Part shown: piece after piece, positions 17,060 through 20,000 of the stretch | Layout of the letters: every line of letters starts with the position of its first letter | How positions within the stretch are numbered: position 1 is the first letter of the stretch | Virus record (IMG/VR): IMGVR_UViG_3300042449_000787 | Source of the DNA: an uncultured virus (IMG/VR IMGVR_UViG_3300042449_000787) | Taxonomy: Duplodnaviria; Heunggongvirae; Uroviricota; Caudoviricetes | Length of the DNA: 20,000 nucleotides | Strand: one strand, 5' to 3' | Translations under genes and position numbers: made by a program | Notes under the pieces: generated by a model | Databases searched by the model: none | What the model saw: the letters and a program-made list of their open reading frames with translations, nothing else | What the model was told of the DNA's origin: nothing

Positions 17060-17617
17060 ATGAAAAGTTCAACAGTATTAGGAATTGGCTTATTAGCAGT
17101 ACTCGGAGTAGGGACTTATATTTACTTAAAAAGTGGTAAAATACCATTTTTAGATAAATTTTCAGGAGAACTTTCTCCAACAAGCGGTAAAGTAAATAAC
17201 ACGGGAAGTACAACAGCCCCAACAAATGGTACAAAAAATCCAAGAAAAGGTTTTTTGACAAAAATTCTTGGACGAACACGTCCAAAAGCAAGCACACCAT
17301 CCATAGCTGATACTTCTTTAGGGTTACAGCCTAAAGCTACAATAGATACTGTTATATCTATTGTTTCAGAAACACAAACTGAAAACTATAAAAAAGCTAA
17401 AGTGCTATCTAAAGATATTGAAGTTTTGATGGTAGAATTGAAAAATGCAGAAAATGAATTAAAAAGTTTTGATTACAAACCTATGACTACTTTTGAAACA
17501 AAAGCTCGTAAAAGGGAAGACATTGCGATAATTAAAAAACGAATGTCAGAAAAAACATCTCAAGCAAATGCTTTAGGTTACAAAATATTACCTTATGGCG
17601 AAATCGAAAAAATGTAA
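17060..17617 (+). CDS. Paralog family member 8
   Basis: Anchor as in members 6 and 7, linker as in member 5, unique central segment. Confidence 0.85.
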   Translation: MKSSTVLGIGLLAVLGVGTYIYLKSGKIPFLDKFSGELSPTSGKVNNTGSTTAPTNGTKNPRKGFLTKILGRTRPKASTPSIADTSLGLQPKATIDTVISIVSETQTENYKKAKVLSKDIEVLMVELKNAENELKSFDYKPMTTFETKARKREDIAIIKKRMSEKTSQANALGYKILPYGEIEKM

Positions 17618-17643
17618 ATTAAAATAATGTAAATTAAAATAAT

Positions 17644-18063
17644 ATGAAAAGTTCAACAGTATTAGGAATTGGCTTATTAGCAGTACTCGGAGTAGGGGCT
17701 TATATTTATTTAAAACGTAAAAAAGCAACCGAATCAAGTGTAACTGTACCTAGCACAAAAAACACATCAAATACAACAAGCGTTACACCTTCTGTGGCTG
17801 ATGCTTCTTTAGGTTTGCCTACAAAAGTAACTGCTAGTGCAGAAGAGCAAAAAAACTATTTGGAAGCAAAAGACTTGGCTAGGATTTTATTACTAGATAA
17901 TGCGAAGGTATTTGATAATGAGTTTAAATTATTAATTACAAAATATGGAATTAAATGGAATCCTATGTTGAGGCTTACGAGTATTTGGAGTAAAGCTCAA
18001 ACTAAAAGAATAAACGCATTAGGCTACAAAGTGTTGCCTAACTACGATATTGAAAAAATGTAA
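17644..18063 (+). CDS. Paralog family member 9
   Basis: NYLEAK...NALGYKVLPNYDIEKM variant end. Confidence 0.85.
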   Translation: MKSSTVLGIGLLAVLGVGAYIYLKRKKATESSVTVPSTKNTSNTTSVTPSVADASLGLPTKVTASAEEQKNYLEAKDLARILLLDNAKVFDNEFKLLITKYGIKWNPMLRLTSIWSKAQTKRINALGYKVLPNYDIEKM

Positions 18064-18070
18064 ATAAAAT

Positions 18071-18442
18071 ATGGCTCTTAATAAATATACACAACAAGAA
18101 TTTTCAGATTGTATATTACTCGATGCAAAATTGCGTAAGAGTATAATTATTGTTGCTGATTTGCAAAAAAAGAAACTTTCAGGAGGATTTAGTGCAATGG
18201 ACAATCTTTTATTGAATCAAGAAATTGAGTTAAAAAATAAAAGGGAAATGGAATTTTCTAAATCATCTTGTGCAAATAAAATTGAGTACAAAAGATTATT
18301 AGAAACTGGTCAAATTACTACTGAAATGGCTAAAAAGCAAGAAGATGACATTTTGCCTAAAAATAACAATGAGCAGTACATTTACATTGGAATAGGAGTA
18401 GTTGTATTAATAACAAGTTTATATTTAATATTAAAGAAATAA
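18071..18442 (+). CDS. C-terminally anchored helical protein with Cys pair
   Basis: EFSDCILL...SSCANK; C-terminal TM. Confidence 0.75.
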   Translation: MALNKYTQQEFSDCILLDAKLRKSIIIVADLQKKKLSGGFSAMDNLLLNQEIELKNKREMEFSKSSCANKIEYKRLLETGQITTEMAKKQEDDILPKNNNEQYIYIGIGVVVLITSLYLILKK

Positions 18443-18819
18443 TGGCAGTATCATCAAAAGATTTAGCTAAAGAATTTCCATACACCGAAGATTGTGAGTT
18501 ATTGGCAAAACAAATTGATTTGCTTGTAATAAACAAAGAATATTGGAGTAGGCAATCTAATAATTCAGAAGCAGACGCTACAAATAATTATTTATCAGCT
18601 AAAAGAAAGTGGTATAATGTCTACGGGTGTCTTTCTAAAGTAAACGCTATAAAAATGAAAGATGTTAGCGGTGTTTTTAATGCTTTTGGCGAAGAAGACA
18701 AATTAAGAATAGAAAAACAAATAGCTTCAGAAGTAAAAAAAAGGAACATTATCGGATTATCAGTGTTAATGGTATCTTTGCTTATGATAATTATTTTAAG
18801 TGAGATTAGAAAAAAATAA
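18442..18819 (+). CDS. C-terminally anchored helical protein with Cys pair
   Basis: EDCELL...YGCLSK; C-terminal TM; TAATG stop/start overlap with the previous gene. Confidence 0.75.
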   Translation: MAVSSKDLAKEFPYTEDCELLAKQIDLLVINKEYWSRQSNNSEADATNNYLSAKRKWYNVYGCLSKVNAIKMKDVSGVFNAFGEEDKLRIEKQIASEVKKRNIIGLSVLMVSLLMIIILSEIRKK

Positions 18820-18823
18820 TAAT

Positions 18824-19438
18824 ATGAAAAATTCAACAATATTAGGAATTGGCTTATTATCAGTAGTTGGAGTAGGTGCTTATATTTATCTAAAAGGTAA
18901 AAAAACAACAAATATAACAAGCGGTGCATCCTCTGTAGTAAATAGTTCTTTAGGATTGTCTACTGCATCAACAAATCCTACAACTGAAAATACAAAATTA
19001 TTGCAGGATTTGGGTGTAATAATAACACCCACAACTGTAACTTTAAATATTAAGCCAAACGAAGGTGTTCCTTTGCTTACAACCGAAAAGATACAAAACG
19101 CCTTGTCGGCTTTAGGTATAGACCCAACAAAGTCTATTTCTAAAGAATTGACTCTTCCTAACTATGTTGAAGCTAAAAAAATAGCTAGTGACATGAAGAT
19201 AATTAATGATGGAGCAGGTGCAATTGACCCATATAGAAATCCTACAAAATGGATTTACCCAAAAGAAATATTAAACAAATTTTCTAGTTTAGCAGGACAA
19301 ACGGTAACTTCAACCGCATCATATCGTAATCCCCCTGAGCTTAAACCTAGTCGTTCAGAGTTATTAGCAAATATGACCAAAAAAGTAAACGCATTAGGCT
19401 ACAAAGTGTTGCCTAACTACGATATTGAAAAAATGTAA
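18824..19438 (+). CDS. Paralog family member 10 (start corrected from 18800 to ATG 18824)
   Basis: MKNSTILGIGLL anchor; NYVEAK...NALGYKVLPNYDIEKM. Confidence 0.85.
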   Translation: MKNSTILGIGLLSVVGVGAYIYLKGKKTTNITSGASSVVNSSLGLSTASTNPTTENTKLLQDLGVIITPTTVTLNIKPNEGVPLLTTEKIQNALSALGIDPTKSISKELTLPNYVEAKKIASDMKIINDGAGAIDPYRNPTKWIYPKEILNKFSSLAGQTVTSTASYRNPPELKPSRSELLANMTKKVNALGYKVLPNYDIEKM

Positions 19439-19441
19439 ATT

Positions 19442-19636
19442 ATGCCAGCAGGAAAAATATACGATACAGACGAAACAACTAGAATAAAAGATTTTCTAAA
19501 TATTCAGACTAAAGAATTGAAAGCTTTAGAATCAGAAAAATCGGTTACAGATAAAACTGTAATTCGTTATGCTATAGTCATCTCTGGTGCTGTAATTGTT
19601 TTGTTAGCAGTAAAGTTTTTAACAAGAAAAAAATAA
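19442..19636 (+). CDS. Small C-terminally anchored protein
   Basis: Short coiled coil plus YAIVISGAVIVLLAV followed by KFLTRKK. Confidence 0.7.
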   Translation: MPAGKIYDTDETTRIKDFLNIQTKELKALESEKSVTDKTVIRYAIVISGAVIVLLAVKFLTRKK

Positions 19637-19637
19637 A

Positions 19638-20000
19638 ATGGGAAAATCGACAACATTAGGAATTGGATTATTAGCAGTACTCGGAGCAGGTGCTTATATT
19701 TATCTAAAAAATAAAAAAGCAACCACGCCAAGTGGAATTATTGATAACACAACAAATAAAACTGGAATTGTAACGCCTCCAAAAAAAGGTTTATTACCAA
19801 GTTTTTTAGGAGGAACACCTCCAAAAGCAAGCACACCATCAATAGCTGATACGTCTTTAGGATTACAGCCTACAACTACAACTACTTCGGTAGTAGATAC
19901 TGCAACTGGTGCGACTAAAACAACTAAAACAGATACAACAAGCGGAACTGCTGTAACTACTGTAACAAATGTAATAGACGAGACTAAAACTAATAATTAC
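19638..20000 (+). CDS. Paralog family member 11, 3' truncated by the window (not in ORF track)
   Basis: MGKSTTLGIGLLAVLGAGAYIYLKNKK...PSFLGG...SIADTSLGLQP; frame open to the window end. Confidence 0.85.
   Translation, partial: MGKSTTLGIGLLAVLGAGAYIYLKNKKATTPSGIIDNTTNKTGIVTPPKKGLLPSFLGGTPPKASTPSIADTSLGLQPTTTTTSVVDTATGATKTTKTDTTSGTAVTTVTNVIDETKTNNY

Noticed and set aside
18800..18823. Track start at 18800 for paralog member 10
   Set aside because: It overlaps the previous gene; the ATG at 18824 gives the family's MKNST start.
492..18929. Other minus-strand ORFs in the track (e.g. 842..1210, 4747..5010, 10527..10973, 18621..18929)
   Set aside because: They overlap well-supported + strand genes and show no recognisable motifs.
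12919..20000. Diversity-generating retroelement or shufflon as the source of paralog variation
   Set aside because: No reverse transcriptase or recombinase in the window, differences are not adenine-specific, and all copies are direct rather than inverted.
1..20000. Eukaryotic giant virus (NCLDV) origin suggested by the A32-like ATPase and paralog expansion
   Set aside because: Operon-like 1-15 bp gene spacing, intrinsic terminators, an endolysin and peptidoglycan-binding domains indicate a bacterial host.

Overview
AT-rich window with every credible gene on the + strand and tightly packed. It reads as the morphogenesis and lysis region of a bacterial virus or provirus, probably infecting Bacteroidota: starts lack Shine-Dalgarno motifs and have A-rich TAAAA..ATG contexts. 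Gene order: a 5'-truncated FtsK/HerA (A32-like) ATPase; a lysis-type cassette (2-TM holin-like protein, peptidase M15 endolysin, an unusual PAS-PAS-coiled coil-2TM protein, a spanin-like protein) closed by a terminator; a beta-rich 233-aa candidate major capsid protein with its own terminator; then 34 genes, 33 of which encode small membrane-anchored proteins. These include SH3b-like, peptidoglycan-binding and annexin-like passenger domains, and the single soluble exception is an HExxH metallopeptidase. The last 7 kb is a tandem array of at least 11 mosaic paralogs with constant-variable-constant architecture and length-variable repeats. No terminase, portal or tail genes are recognisable, so a tailless, membrane-containing virus is the best inference. 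All calls are from motif recognition by eye; no searches were run.
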